Shown here: in pieces, positions 48,582 through 57,992 of the stretch
Numbering within the stretch: the stretch's first letter is position 1
Layout of the letters: each line of letters starts with the position of its first letter
Source: Dehalococcoidia bacterium
Lineage (GTDB): Bacteria; Chloroflexota; Dehalococcoidia; Lucifugimonadales; UBA3495
Reading direction: 5' to 3'
Length of the DNA: 64,000 nucleotides
NCBI GenBank assembly: GCA_965221295.1
Contig: OZ244879.1
Coordinates: forward strand, 3,281,603-3,345,602
Made by a program: the position numbers and the translations under genes
Notes under the pieces: generated by a model
Told to the model about the DNA's origin: nothing
The model's input: only the letters and a program-made list of their open reading frames with translations
Databases searched by the model: none

Positions 48582-49646
48582 TTACCAGGACTTGAGGACG
48601 GGCAGTACTTCATTGGCGAAGAGTTGCAGGCTCCGTTCGGCGACTTTGAAGGGGACGCCGCCAAAGCGGAAGGCAACGTTCAGCTCAAAATCGCCGAGTA
48701 TCTGCCGGCGTTCTTCCAGGCCCCGCAGGATCTTGTCCGGGGTACCCCAGCTGGCGGCTTTCATAAAGCCTTCGACCGCTCCCTCGAGTCCGGCGGAACG
48801 GGCGATTTCGGCCTTTTGCTGATAGGCATCGTAGCCACGCACGGCGCCAAAGTGGTCGCCCAGAAACTCGTAGTGGTAGAAGTTGCTCTCCACGAACTTG
48901 CCCTGGTAGCGGCGGGCTTCGTCTTCGCACTGTTCCAGGTCGGCGCCGCACACCACGAACTCGGTGAGCATGAGGCTGGGCGGTTCCGTTCCGTGGATTT
49001 CACGATGCAGGGCGCGACCGCGTTCGATGCCCGGCATCCGCATTTCCCAGGGTCGGTCGGCGAACATGATGATGTGGGCGCCCAACTTGGCGGCGGACAG
49101 CACGGATTCGTCGCTGGCGGCCACGGCGTAGATGCGCCCGTCGAAGGAATGCTGCGGCCGGGGCCGGATTTCCGTCCGTTGCTGCGGATAATGTTTGCCA
49201 TCGCCTTCGATGAATCCGGTTCTGAGGGCCTCGACGATCATTGGGGCCGCCTCGTCGAAGCGTTCCCGTGATTCATCCATGCTGATGCCGAAGGCTTCAA
49301 ACTCGCGTCGGGCCAAACCGCGACCAAAGCCGAGACGCAGGCGTCCGCCGCTCAATAGGTCGAGGGTCGCGGCGTTTTCCGCGACCCGCAGCGGGTTGTG
49401 CCATGGCAGAATCACCGCGGCCGTGCCCACATCTATGTCGGGGTGTTTGGCGGCGACGTGAGTCATCAGTTGCAGGTTGTCGGGCACGAAAGAATAGTCG
49501 TTGAAATGGTGTTCAGCGGACCACAGGCAGTCGAACCCAGAGTCGGCGGCCATCTCGGCGAGGCGCAGCTCCTCCTGCCACATCTGTCCGTCTGTTCCCT
49601 CTTCCCAGCCGTAACTGGAGAAGATCATCATCATGCCGACGTCCAT
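48582..49646 (-). CDS. LLM-class (luciferase-like) flavin-dependent oxidoreductase
   Basis: FDCLWSAEHHF motif. 354 aa. AAGGAG lies 8 nt upstream of the ATG. Confidence 0.85.
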   Translation of the reverse strand: MDVGMMMIFSSYGWEEGTDGQMWQEELRLAEMAADSGFDCLWSAEHHFNDYSFVPDNLQLMTHVAAKHPDIDVGTAAVILPWHNPLRVAENAATLDLLSGGRLRLGFGRGLARREFEAFGISMDESRERFDEAAPMIVEALRTGFIEGDGKHYPQQRTEIRPRPQHSFDGRIYAVAASDESVLSAAKLGAHIIMFADRPWEMRMPGIERGRALHREIHGTEPPSLMLTEFVVCGADLEQCEDEARRYQGKFVESNFYHYEFLGDHFGAVRGYDAYQQKAEIARSAGLEGAVEGFMKAASWGTPDKILRGLEERRQILGDFELNVAFRFGGVPFKVAERSLQLFANEVLPVLKSW

Positions 49647-49701
49647 TCGAAATCTCCTTGGATGCGCAATCGGTAAAGGACCAGGCCCAGGGCCCGGCGA
49701 T

Positions 49702-49797
49702 GGGATAAGCCTGGCTTGGGATAAGCTTGGCTCGGGATAAACCTCGCTTGGTATTAGCCTCGCTTGGCATGAGCCTCGCTGGGTATGTGCTTCAGAC
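49702..49797. repeat. 6 x 16-bp tandem repeat filling the spacer between the SDR and LLM genes
   Basis: The units are GGGATAAGCCTGGCTT, GGGATAAGCTTGGCTC, GGGATAAACCTCGCTT, GGTATTAGCCTCGCTT, GGCATGAGCCTCGCTG and GGTATGTGCTTCAGAC. The last unit overlaps the SDR stop. Confidence 0.9.
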
Positions 49798-50634
49798 GCT
49801 GGGCTTGGCGGCGTAGGGAGTGAGCTGAAGTTCGTGAGTCCAGCAGGACTTATCCTGGGTGTGAAGGTAGTAGAAGGCTTCGGCGATCTTCATGGGGTTG
49901 ATCAGCAGCTCGGGATGCTGCTGGGCCCGGGGCATGGCGCGAGTCCCCGGAGAATCGATGGTGCCGTCGATCACCACGTTGGCGACGTGCACCCCGTGCT
50001 CGGAGTATTCCTCGGTGAGGGCCTGGGCCAGGGTTCGCATCATCACTCGGGGGTAGTAGAGGGATTGGCCGGTGTACCGTTTGCGACCGCGCAATCCAGC
50101 GGCGTTATTGGAAAACAGGATGCTGCCTTCACCGCGTTGCCGCATGGCTGGCAAGACCTCCTGCGCAACCAGGAAGGGGCCGCTGCTGGAGATGTGCTGG
50201 GCCGTCTCGAACATTTCATACGGCATGTGTTCGAGCAGTTCCATCTCCGGCGGTAGATCCCGTCCCTCCAGGTAACCGGCGTTATAGACCAGGACGGATG
50301 GGTCGCCGGCCTCGGTTCTGATGCGGGCGAAGGCATCGGAAATGGAGTCGCGGGAGGCAAGGTCGAGTTCCACGATAGCGCTGTCGCCGCCCTGTTCCCG
50401 GATGGCGGCGTTCAACGGTTCGGCGTTGGCGGCGCTGCGGGTGGTCAGCACGGTATAGAATCCCTCGGCGGCGAATTTCTGCGAAATGGCCCCACCCACG
50501 CCCCACCGCACGGCGACGGGCAGGTCGCTGTCATCAATGTCTCCGCCGTGAATCAGATGGGTATTGCGGCCATCCGCCTGCCACTTGGAGGTTGCTCCGA
50601 TCACGACGGCGACCGGTTTTCCGCTGGTGTTCAT
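49792..50634 (-). CDS. SDR-family oxidoreductase
   Basis: 280 aa. N-terminal VAVVIGATS nucleotide-binding region and SDR-like length. Confidence 0.75.
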   Translation of the reverse strand: MNTSGKPVAVVIGATSKWQADGRNTHLIHGGDIDDSDLPVAVRWGVGGAISQKFAAEGFYTVLTTRSAANAEPLNAAIREQGGDSAIVELDLASRDSISDAFARIRTEAGDPSVLVYNAGYLEGRDLPPEMELLEHMPYEMFETAQHISSSGPFLVAQEVLPAMRQRGEGSILFSNNAAGLRGRKRYTGQSLYYPRVMMRTLAQALTEEYSEHGVHVANVVIDGTIDSPGTRAMPRAQQHPELLINPMKIAEAFYYLHTQDKSCWTHELQLTPYAAKPSV

Positions 50635-50831
50635 GGTTCATTCCCTTCTTCTGGAGGTATCTGAGGAGGTTTCGTGGGGATACCGAAGCGTCGCCGGCTA
50701 GGGTTTGCTGCCGGCCAACCGATTGTCGGGTACTGTACTACAAATCGGCGCGAGTTGGTAACGGTTCAAGTTGCCTCGCGTCCACCCGGTTCCCCAAAGG
50801 AGTCATGCGGTGTAACGGTCAAGTATCCACC

Positions 50832-50909
50832 ATCGCGTGGCGCCGGCGCTGGTATCGCGTAGCGACGGCGCTGGCATCGCGTGGCGACGGCGCTGGCATC
50901 CGGTGTCGC
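50832..50909. repeat. 3.5 x 22-bp tandem repeat next to a solitary MITE half-site (50917-50950)
   Basis: The units are ATCGCGTGGCGCCGGCGCTGGT, ATCGCGTAGCGACGGCGCTGGC, ATCGCGTGGCGACGGCGCTGGC and a partial ATCCGGTGTCGC. TGTCATTGCGAGCGCAGCGCGGCAATCTC follows. Confidence 0.85.
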
Positions 50910-51273
50910 TCTGCATCTGTCATTGCGAGCGCAGCGCGGCAATCTCAATGACCGCCACCAACGGCCGCGGGACACCAACCCTGCCGGCCATAGGCGCCGG
51001 GGCGGGATCGCAGCGTTGCCGTCGTTCCCGGCATCAGCTGGTTTCGGAACAACCGCCCGGGAAGACCCAACGCCGGTGAGACGAGCGCAACCGACTTGAT
51101 CGCTACTGGGCAGCTTGGGATCCGCAGACGGGGATGGGCCCCAAGTAGAGACGAAACCTGCGTGAGACGCGCCCAGGGATCGTATCCAGCGATTTCCATA
51201 CGGGAATGCGCCGAAACGACGCCCTTGGGGATGCGACGGGCCAAATGGAGGGGTCGAGGCAGCTGGGAGAAAT

Positions 51274-51360
51274 TGGTGCCGAGGGAGGGACTCGAACCCA
51301 CACACCTCCAAGAGGTAGCGGATTTTAAGTCCGCCGCGTCTGCCGTTTCGCCACCTCGGC
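51274..51360 (-). tRNA. tRNA-Leu (anticodon UAA), long variable arm, CCA encoded
   Basis: The reverse complement reads GCCGAGGTGGCGAAACGGCAGAC...GCGGACTTAAAATCCGC...GGGTTCGAGTCCCTCCCTCGGCACCA. Confidence 0.9.
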
Positions 51361-51488
51361 ACGGAGGTAAAAATTATCGCGCTACCCGATATGGATCATG
51401 ATCGGAGCGCGCCCAGAACGCTGTTCTATCGCACAGCGATTGCAATTCGGAAGATGCAGGGGAAGACAGGTCATATGTAGAAAGGCGT

Positions 51489-51565
51489 TGGAGGCGACGG
51501 GCGGATTCGAACCGCCGAATAGAGGTTTTGCAGACCTCCGCCTTAGTCCACTTGGCTACGTCGCC
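51489..51565 (-). tRNA. tRNA-Cys (anticodon GCA), CCA encoded
   Basis: The reverse complement reads GGCGACGTAGCCAAGTGG...GAGGTCTGCAAAACCTC...GGTTCGAATCCGCCCGTCGCCTCCA. Confidence 0.88.
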
Positions 51566-51632
51566 TCATTGAGGGACTCGCGCGCGGGGCGCCTCAGTCC
51601 TTTGGTCATTTGGCTTGCTCGTCCAACCTGTC

Positions 51633-51719
51633 TGGTGCCGAGGGCGGGACTTGAACCCACACGAGCGAAAGCCCACGGCCCCCTCAAGACCGCGTGTCTA
51701 CCATTTCCACCACCTCGGC
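51633..51719 (-). tRNA. tRNA-Leu (anticodon GAG), long variable arm, CCA encoded
   Basis: The reverse complement reads GCCGAGGTGGTGGAAATGGTAGAC...CGGTCTTGAGGGGGCCG...GGGTTCAAGTCCCGCCCTCGGCACCA. Confidence 0.88.
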
Positions 51720-51860
51720 ATATGCATGGGCCGATTATAGCACAAACGCGGGGCCAATCGTCAAAAGGGCGATGGCCGGTCCACAGGTCATGTGGACCGG
51801 CGGTTGGATCAATGGACTGGTTGGCTGACGGTCGGCGCGCCGCCAATCCGCGGTCAGCGT

Positions 51861-52193
51861 TCAGTTGACCTGGCGCTCGCGGTGCAGCAAATCCTTGGCG
51901 ACGGACCCGATGTTGGCTTCGATGCAATCCCGCAACGCCGAGTATATCGAGCGGTTGATGGATTCCATCATCCAAGATTCGTAGTCGGGTTCCGACTGGT
52001 ATTCGTTTTTGACCGCTATCAGTTGTCGCAGCGATTCCAGGTAGTGGGTCTGCAACGGAGTCAAAGACTCGATGTCGAAGTCCTCCACCTGAGGGCCCGC
52101 TTGCTCCTCGAGCTTGATGGAATTCGAATCCGCCAACTGGCTTTCGTTTTCCAATCCGCCGACTTCAACGTCGTCTTTTGGTGATGCGTTCAT
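51861..52193 (-). CDS. Hypothetical acidic protein downstream of dnaK
   Basis: 110-aa ORF with a Glu/Asp-rich N-terminal half and lower GC. No family recognised. Confidence 0.45.
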   Translation of the reverse strand: MNASPKDDVEVGGLENESQLADSNSIKLEEQAGPQVEDFDIESLTPLQTHYLESLRQLIAVKNEYQSEPDYESWMMESINRSIYSALRDCIEANIGSVAKDLLHRERQVN

Positions 52194-52449
52194 TGCAAAT
52201 CTCCCAATCGCGTTCGCGGTGGTCCCACGATTGCAACTGTTTAGGTCGCCACCATTATAGCGCCTGTGAAACGGGGCGACACTGTGTGTTGGGGTAGTTT
52301 ACACGGGATTCACGGTATGGCAACCCTGTGGCTGGAGCCAACCCTCCGGCGCCGGCTGGCGCGGCGCCGGCCGACGCCGCCCCGGAGGGAATGGTCTCTT
52401 GATCCTGAATACGCTGGATCTGGGTTATCCGGATGTCGGCCAAGCGCGC

Positions 52450-54351
52450 CTATACTTCTCGAAATTCGCCTTCCACCGTATCATCGCCTGGAGCGCCGCC
52501 AGACGGCCCGGCGCCGGATGGGCCGCCCGGGCCCTCGGCGCCCGGTTGGGTGTAGACGGCCTGTCCCACCCTTTGCAGGGTTTCGTTCAAGTCGTTCATG
52601 GCGGTTTGCATCTGGGCGACGTTGTTGGCGGCGATGGCGGAACGAAGCGTCTCCAGCTTGCCTTCCGCTTCGGTTTTCAGCTCGGGCGGCAGCGCCTCGG
52701 CGTGTTCGGCGAGCAACCGTTCCGCGGAGTAGGCCAGGCTGTCGGCCTGGTTGCGCGTTTCCACCTCGGCCCGCCGGGCCCGGTCGGCTTCCTCGTTGGC
52801 CTGCGCCTCGGCCATCATCCGCTCGATGTCTTCCTGGGCCAGGCCGCTGCTGGTCTGGATGACGATGCGCTGCTCTTTGCCGGTTCCCTTGTCCTGGGCG
52901 GATACGCTCAGGATGCCGTTGGAGTCGATGTCGAAAGTAACGTCGATCTGGGGCAATCCTCTCGGGGCCGGCAGGATGCCGTCCAGCATGAACCGGCCAA
53001 TGGTCTTGTTGTCGGCTGACATCGGGCGTTCGCCCTGGAGCACGTGAATGTCCACGCTTGGCTGGTTATCAGAGGCAGTGGTAAAGGTTTCGGTCTTCTT
53101 GGTGGGGATGGTGGTGTTGCGCGGGATCAAGGCGGTGGTGACGTTGCCCAAGGTTTCGATGCCGAGGGTGAGCGGAGTAACGTCAAGGAGGACAATATCG
53201 CCCACTTCGCCGCCCAGCACACCGGCCTGGATGGCGGCGCCCAGGGCCACCGCTTCGTCGGGGTTCACGGAGCGGGACGGCTCCTTGCCGAAGATCTGCT
53301 GGACCTTGGCTTGCACCGACGGCATACGGGTCATGCCGCCAACGAGGATCACGTCGTCGATCTTGTCGATGGAGACGCCGGCGTCGGCGATGGCCTGGCG
53401 GCAGGGGCCTTCGGTGCGGTCGATGAGGTTGCCAACCAGTTGTTCGAGGCGGGAGCGGCTCAGGGGTTTGACCAGGTGTTGCGGGCCGCTGGCGTCAGCA
53501 GTAATGAACGGCAGGTTGATTTCGGTTTCCAGGGTGCTGGACAGCTCGATTTTGGCCCGCTCGGCGGCGTCGCGAAGGCGTTGGAGGGCCATGCGATCCT
53601 GGGCCAGGTCGATGCCGGTTTCGGCGCGGAACTCCGTGACCAGCCAGTTGAGGATCGCCTCGTCGAAGTCGTCGCCGCCCAGGTAGGTATCGCCGTTGGT
53701 GGACAGAACCTCAAACACTCCGTCGCCGAGTTCCAGGATGGTGATATCGAAGGTGCCGCCGCCCAGGTCGAACACCGCCACGGTGGAATCGGTCTGCTGG
53801 CGGTCGATGCCGTAGGCCAGCGAAGATGCGGTGGGTTCGTTGATGATGCGGAGCACGTCGAGGCCGGCGATCGTTCCAGCGTCCTTGGTCGCCTGACGTT
53901 GGGCGTCGTTGAAATAGGCGGGGACGGTGATGACGGCCTGGGTGATTCGCTCACCCAGTTTGGCTTCGGCGTCCTGGCGGATCTTCTGCAGGACCATGCT
54001 GGAAATTTGCGGAGGGGCGTAGGCCTGTCCGGCCATTTCCACGTGGGCATCGCCGTTATCGCCGGCAACGATCTTGTAGGGAAGGCGAGTGGCCGCGTCC
54101 TGCACTTCGGCGTCGGTGAAGCGGCGACCCATCAGGCGTTTGACGGAGAATACGGTGTTTTCCGGGTTGGTGACCGCCTGTCGCTTGGCGGTTTGCCCCA
54201 CATATCGCTCCCCGCTGCGGGTGTTGACCGCCACCACAGAGGGGGTGATGCGGCTGCCCTCGGCGCTCTCCACCACCTCGGCTTCGCCGGCCTCAATGAC
54301 GGCGGCTACCGAGTTGGTGGTTCCGAGGTCGATTCCCAATATTTTCGGCAT
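52450..54351 (-). CDS. dnaK: Molecular chaperone DnaK (Hsp70)
   Basis: Unambiguous Hsp70 signatures ([30 protein letters not shown]). Confidence 0.98.
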   Translation of the reverse strand: MPKILGIDLGTTNSVAAVIEAGEAEVVESAEGSRITPSVVAVNTRSGERYVGQTAKRQAVTNPENTVFSVKRLMGRRFTDAEVQDAATRLPYKIVAGDNGDAHVEMAGQAYAPPQISSMVLQKIRQDAEAKLGERITQAVITVPAYFNDAQRQATKDAGTIAGLDVLRIINEPTASSLAYGIDRQQTDSTVAVFDLGGGTFDITILELGDGVFEVLSTNGDTYLGGDDFDEAILNWLVTEFRAETGIDLAQDRMALQRLRDAAERAKIELSSTLETEINLPFITADASGPQHLVKPLSRSRLEQLVGNLIDRTEGPCRQAIADAGVSIDKIDDVILVGGMTRMPSVQAKVQQIFGKEPSRSVNPDEAVALGAAIQAGVLGGEVGDIVLLDVTPLTLGIETLGNVTTALIPRNTTIPTKKTETFTTASDNQPSVDIHVLQGERPMSADNKTIGRFMLDGILPAPRGLPQIDVTFDIDSNGILSVSAQDKGTGKEQRIVIQTSSGLAQEDIERMMAEAQANEEADRARRAEVETRNQADSLAYSAERLLAEHAEALPPELKTEAEGKLETLRSAIAANNVAQMQTAMNDLNETLQRVGQAVYTQPGAEGPGGPSGAGPSGGAPGDDTVEGEFREV

Positions 54352-54428
54352 TTTTGCACTCCTGAAAAATGGATTTACAGTGTCGGTTAGGTTTGGAAGG
54401 GAATTGGTTTTGGGAGCAGGATCACGGG

Positions 54429-55076
54429 CTATTGGTTCACCACCACCTGGGCCACCTGCACCACGCGGTCATGCAGCAAGTAGCCCTGGCGGAGGACTTC
54501 CACGATGCTGCCCGATTCCGCGCCGTCCACCTGGGCCATGCCCACGGCCTCGTGGAGTTCAGGGTTGAAGGGCTCGCCGATGGATTCGATTTTGGCGACG
54601 CCCTGGGCCTCCAGGAAACCAGCGAGTTTGCGCTGAATCAGACGCACGCCGCGCGCCCAGGAATCGGCTGCAGGATCATCAGGCGCGGCGGCGTTGCCAC
54701 TTTCCAGGTGGTTCACCGCCAGGTCCAGTTCGTCAACTATGGGCAGAAGCTGCACCAACAACCGGCTGTTGGCCTGCTGCTGGATATTCAGCCGTTCCTC
54801 GTCGTGGCGGCGCCGGGCGTTGGCCAGATCAGCTTGGCCCCGTTGCACCGCGTCGATCTGGCGGTCGATCTCCGCGCGGGCGTCGGCCAGGGCGGCGCGG
54901 AGCAGCTCGGCTTCCTGCTCCGGGGTAACGGGTGGTTCCGCCACGGAACCGCCGTCAAGGCCGGCCGTCTCGCGGACTTCGGGGGAAGCTTGGGCGGCAT
55001 CCACGGGTGGGTTGGCTTCGGCGCGGCCGGGGTCTGGGCGGTTTGGATCCGGGGGCATGTTTGGTTCGCTGGTCAT
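54429..55076 (-). CDS. grpE: Nucleotide exchange factor GrpE
   Basis: GrpE-like C-terminus (FNPELHEAV...[13 protein letters not shown]). Its ATG overlaps the hspR stop as ATGA. Confidence 0.9.
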   Translation of the reverse strand: MTSEPNMPPDPNRPDPGRAEANPPVDAAQASPEVRETAGLDGGSVAEPPVTPEQEAELLRAALADARAEIDRQIDAVQRGQADLANARRRHDEERLNIQQQANSRLLVQLLPIVDELDLAVNHLESGNAAAPDDPAADSWARGVRLIQRKLAGFLEAQGVAKIESIGEPFNPELHEAVGMAQVDGAESGSIVEVLRQGYLLHDRVVQVAQVVVNQ

Positions 55077-55609
55077 TGGGCGTTCCTGTTGGGGTTGTTA
55101 GACGCCGGTGGCTCCGGGGCGGGGAGGCTGAGGCTGGCGCACAGCAGGGAGACTTCATCGTGGATGCGCTCCGCGGTGAGGCTCCGATCCTCCGATCTGG
55201 AAAGTCGTCGGGTGAATACGTTGAGGTTATTGACGAGTTTCAAAGCGAACTCGACGCCGGCTAGGTTCAATCCGAGATTATCCATCAGGTGGCGAATCAG
55301 CAGGACCTTACGCAGGTCATCCTGAGAGTACAGGCGCAGCATTCCCATGGTTCGCACGGGTTGGATGAGGCCGAGGCGCTCGTATTTGCGGAGGGTTTGC
55401 GGGTGCATTTCCAGCAGGCGAGCGGCTACGGAAATTATGTAAACGCCCTCCAGCTCTCCGGCCGGGGTCGTCGCGTCTTGGGGCTTATCGCCATTGGCAT
55501 TTGCATCGGCGCTGCCCGACCAGGAAGACGGAACATCAGCAATGGGGGCAGGATACGCCTCCAACTGTCGGCTTCGGATCCGCGCTTGTCTGGGCCATCG
55601 TTGCTGCAT
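55073..55609 (-). CDS. hspR: MerR-family heat-shock regulator HspR
   Basis: MerR HTH (YIISVAARLLEMHPQTLRKYERLGL) at the head of the grpE-dnaK operon. The start was set at ATG 55609 (GGAGAGG upstream) because the longer ORF would include the predicted -10 box. Confidence 0.8.
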   Translation of the reverse strand: MQQRWPRQARIRSRQLEAYPAPIADVPSSWSGSADANANGDKPQDATTPAGELEGVYIISVAARLLEMHPQTLRKYERLGLIQPVRTMGMLRLYSQDDLRKVLLIRHLMDNLGLNLAGVEFALKLVNNLNVFTRRLSRSEDRSLTAERIHDEVSLLCASLSLPAPEPPASNNPNRNAQ

Positions 55610-55645
55610 CTCAATACCTCTCCGTCCTGGGTACCATGCCACTGA

Positions 55646-55674
55646 ATTATATCCCATGCTACGATAGCTGTAAA
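55646..55674 (-). promoter_or_regulatory. Sigma-70-type promoter of the hspR-grpE-dnaK operon
   Basis: The minus strand reads TTTACA (55674-55669), a 17-nt spacer, then TATAAT (55651-55646). Confidence 0.6.
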
Positions 55675-55677
55675 TGG

Positions 55678-55698
55678 CTTGACACAGTATGTATCAAG
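55678..55698. promoter_or_regulatory. HAIR-like HspR operator
   Basis: CTTGACA-N7-TATCAAG compared with the actinobacterial HAIR consensus CTTGAGT-N7-ACTCAAG. It lies 4 nt upstream of the -35 box. Confidence 0.6.
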
Positions 55699-55707
55699 TC
55701 GTATATT
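55679..55707 (+). promoter_or_regulatory. Divergent sigma-70-type promoter overlapping the HAIR-like site
   Basis: TTGACA (55679-55684), a 17-nt spacer, then TATATT (55702-55707). It points toward the zinc-ribbon ORF. Confidence 0.5.
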
Positions 55708-55873
55708 CCGCCCATGGCGACTCCGGGCGCCGCTGGCGCAGAATCGGGCAATCGGAAAATTCGACAAAAGGCAATCCAAACCGCTCTTCAAATCCGTACC
55801 ACTACTGAACCACCGGAATTTGAAACGCCAGACACGACCAATACGCGCAAGTCGAGTCGGCGAGGAGGCAACC

Positions 55874-56080
55874 ATGAAACTCAGATTCGGCGCTTGTCCA
55901 AAATGTCAGGGCGACCTTCAGGTGAGGCGAGACGTTTACGGCATGTTCAGCAACTGCCTGCAGTGCGGATTGCAGTTGGACTTGGAAACAACCGACCCGG
56001 CGCTGCCGGGCCACGGGGTGGAGCCAGCCCTCATTGATCTGCGAGCGCGAGAGCGGGAGCAGCTGGCGCGGGCGGCATAG
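55874..56080 (+). CDS. Small zinc-ribbon protein (68 aa)
   Basis: CPKC...18 residues...CLQC. GGAGG lies 5 nt upstream of the ATG. An intrinsic terminator follows. Confidence 0.6.
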   Translation: MKLRFGACPKCQGDLQVRRDVYGMFSNCLQCGLQLDLETTDPALPGHGVEPALIDLRAREREQLARAA

Positions 56081-56106
56081 TCGGCGGCGCGTCAGGGACG
56101 TGAATC

Positions 56107-56137
56107 AGGGGCGGGTTGCAACCCGCCCCTGCTTTTT
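56107..56137 (+). terminator. Rho-independent terminator
   Basis: AGGGGCGGGT, loop TGCA, ACCCGCCCCT, followed by GCTTTTT. Confidence 0.8.
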
Positions 56138-56177
56138 GGATGATCATGGCGTCTCGATGGCCATCAACGAGTGAGGA

Positions 56178-56870
56178 TCATCGGGTGAGTTCCGGCCAGA
56201 ATCGTTCTTCCTGCCAAGGGTCGCCATTGTTGTTGTACCCGCGCTGTTCCCAGAACCCGGGGGCGTCCTCGGCCATCAATTCGATTCCATTCACCCACTT
56301 GGCCGACTTCCAGCCGTAGCGGCTGGGAACCACCAATCTCAGCGGCCAACCGTGATCCTTGCCGATCTCCGCGCCGTTCTGCCGGTGGGCCAGCAACCCT
56401 TCGGATAGGGCCAGATCCAGCGGCAGGTTGGTGGTGTAATCGCCGAAGCAATGGGCCATGATGTGCCGGGCCTCGGGACTGACGCCGGCCGATTCCAGCA
56501 AATCCGCCAGCCAAACGCCCTCCCAGGTTTGGTCCAGGGCTGACCATTGGGTGACGCAGTGGAAGTCGGCGTTCAGCGTGATCCACGGCAGAGCGCAGAA
56601 CTGGGACCAGTCCAGTTCCAATTCCCGCTCCACTAATCCCCAGACCCGGAAGCGCCACGCGGCCAGGTCAACCTCTGGTGTGTCGCCGTAGGTCAAGACC
56701 GGGAAGGTTTTGGCGACGAACTGTCCGGGAGGCACCCGTTCGCCAGCCGGCGGCGCGATCTTCACCTGGTCGGGCCGTTTCAACCCGAACTCCGGCTGCA
56801 CGCCGGCGGACTGTTGGCTTTGCTGGCTGGAAGTAGGCTGGCCGGAGGTAGCCTGATTGGAAGTTGTCAT
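56178..56870 (-). CDS. Sulfite-oxidase-fold molybdopterin-binding oxidoreductase (MsrP/YedY-like catalytic domain)
   Basis: FHCVTQWS...WEGV...GWPLRLVVP..YG.KS.KW. No signal peptide is evident. Confidence 0.8.
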   Translation of the reverse strand: MTTSNQATSGQPTSSQQSQQSAGVQPEFGLKRPDQVKIAPPAGERVPPGQFVAKTFPVLTYGDTPEVDLAAWRFRVWGLVERELELDWSQFCALPWITLNADFHCVTQWSALDQTWEGVWLADLLESAGVSPEARHIMAHCFGDYTTNLPLDLALSEGLLAHRQNGAEIGKDHGWPLRLVVPSRYGWKSAKWVNGIELMAEDAPGFWEQRGYNNNGDPWQEERFWPELTR

Positions 56871-56939
56871 GGGAGAACTCCTGGATCCGCCGTCCTGACG
56901 GCTCAGGTGACGTGGCGAGTGAGGTTCAAAACGCTCGAA

Positions 56940-57992
56940 TCACGGGTTGGCAAAGATGGTTCCGGGCGGGCCGTCGGATACGCTGCCAACGATGGCGGCG
57001 CAGGGGGCGCCTTCCTCCAGCAATGCGGCGACCAGAGCGTCCGCCTTGGCGGAGGGTACGGACATCAGGAGGCCGCCAGAGGTTTGAGCGTCGCACAGCA
57101 ACATCCGGTCATCATCGGTTAAGGACGGATTCCAGGTCACCGCGTCGTTGACGCTGCTGACGTTGCGATGGGTGCCGCCGGGGGCTACGCCCCGCTCCAG
57201 CAGCTCCCTGGTTCCCGGCAACATGGGAACGGACCTCAGGTTGACCTCGGCGGAAACGCCGCTGCCCTTCACCATGCTCTTGAGGTGGCCCAGCAAGCCG
57301 AAACCGGTAATGTCAGTGGCGGCGTTGACGCCAACCCGCTGCATGGCCAGGGCGGCCGGACGGTTCAACGCGGCCATGTTTTCCACGGCGCTGGCCAAAA
57401 CGTCAGCGCTGACCACTCCTTGCTTGCCGGCGGTGGTGATGATGCCGGTTCCGATGGGTTTGCTCAGGATCAAGACGTCGCCGGGCTGGGCGTTGGCGTT
57501 GCTGACCTGCTTGCCGGGCTCCACGACGCCGATCACGGACAGACCGTACTTGGGTTCGGGATCGTCCACGGTGTGGCCGCCGACGATGAGGCATTCGGCT
57601 TCGGCGGCTTTGGCGTAGCCGCCCTGCAGGGTTTTGCCCAGGATCTCCTTGTCCAGCGAGGCGGGGAATCCGACGACGTTGAGGGCGATCAGGGGTTTGC
57701 CGCCCATGGCGTACACGTCGGACAGGGAGTTGGCGGCTGCAATCGCCCCAAACTCGTAGGGATCGTCGGTGATTGGAGGGAAGAAGTCCACGGTTACGAT
57801 GAGGGCGGTATCGTCGTTGAGACGGTACACGGCCGCATCGTCGCCGGTTTCGGCGCCCACCAGCAAGTCAGGATGCCGCAGGAGGGGCACGTAGCTCAGG
57901 ACCTGGCCCAGGTCCTCGAGGCTCAGCTTGGCCGCTCAACCTGCGCAGTGGGAAAGCTCGGTAAGGCGGACGGGCAGTTCGGTTTGAGTCAT
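56940..57992 (-). CDS. selD: Selenide, water dikinase SelD, itself Sec-containing (in-frame TGA at codon 19)
   Basis: The frame ATG 57992 ... LTELSHCAG-TGA(57938-57936)-AAKLS continues into the annotated 316-aa ORF. The position matches the G(C/U)GCK active-site loop of SelD. Confidence 0.8.
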
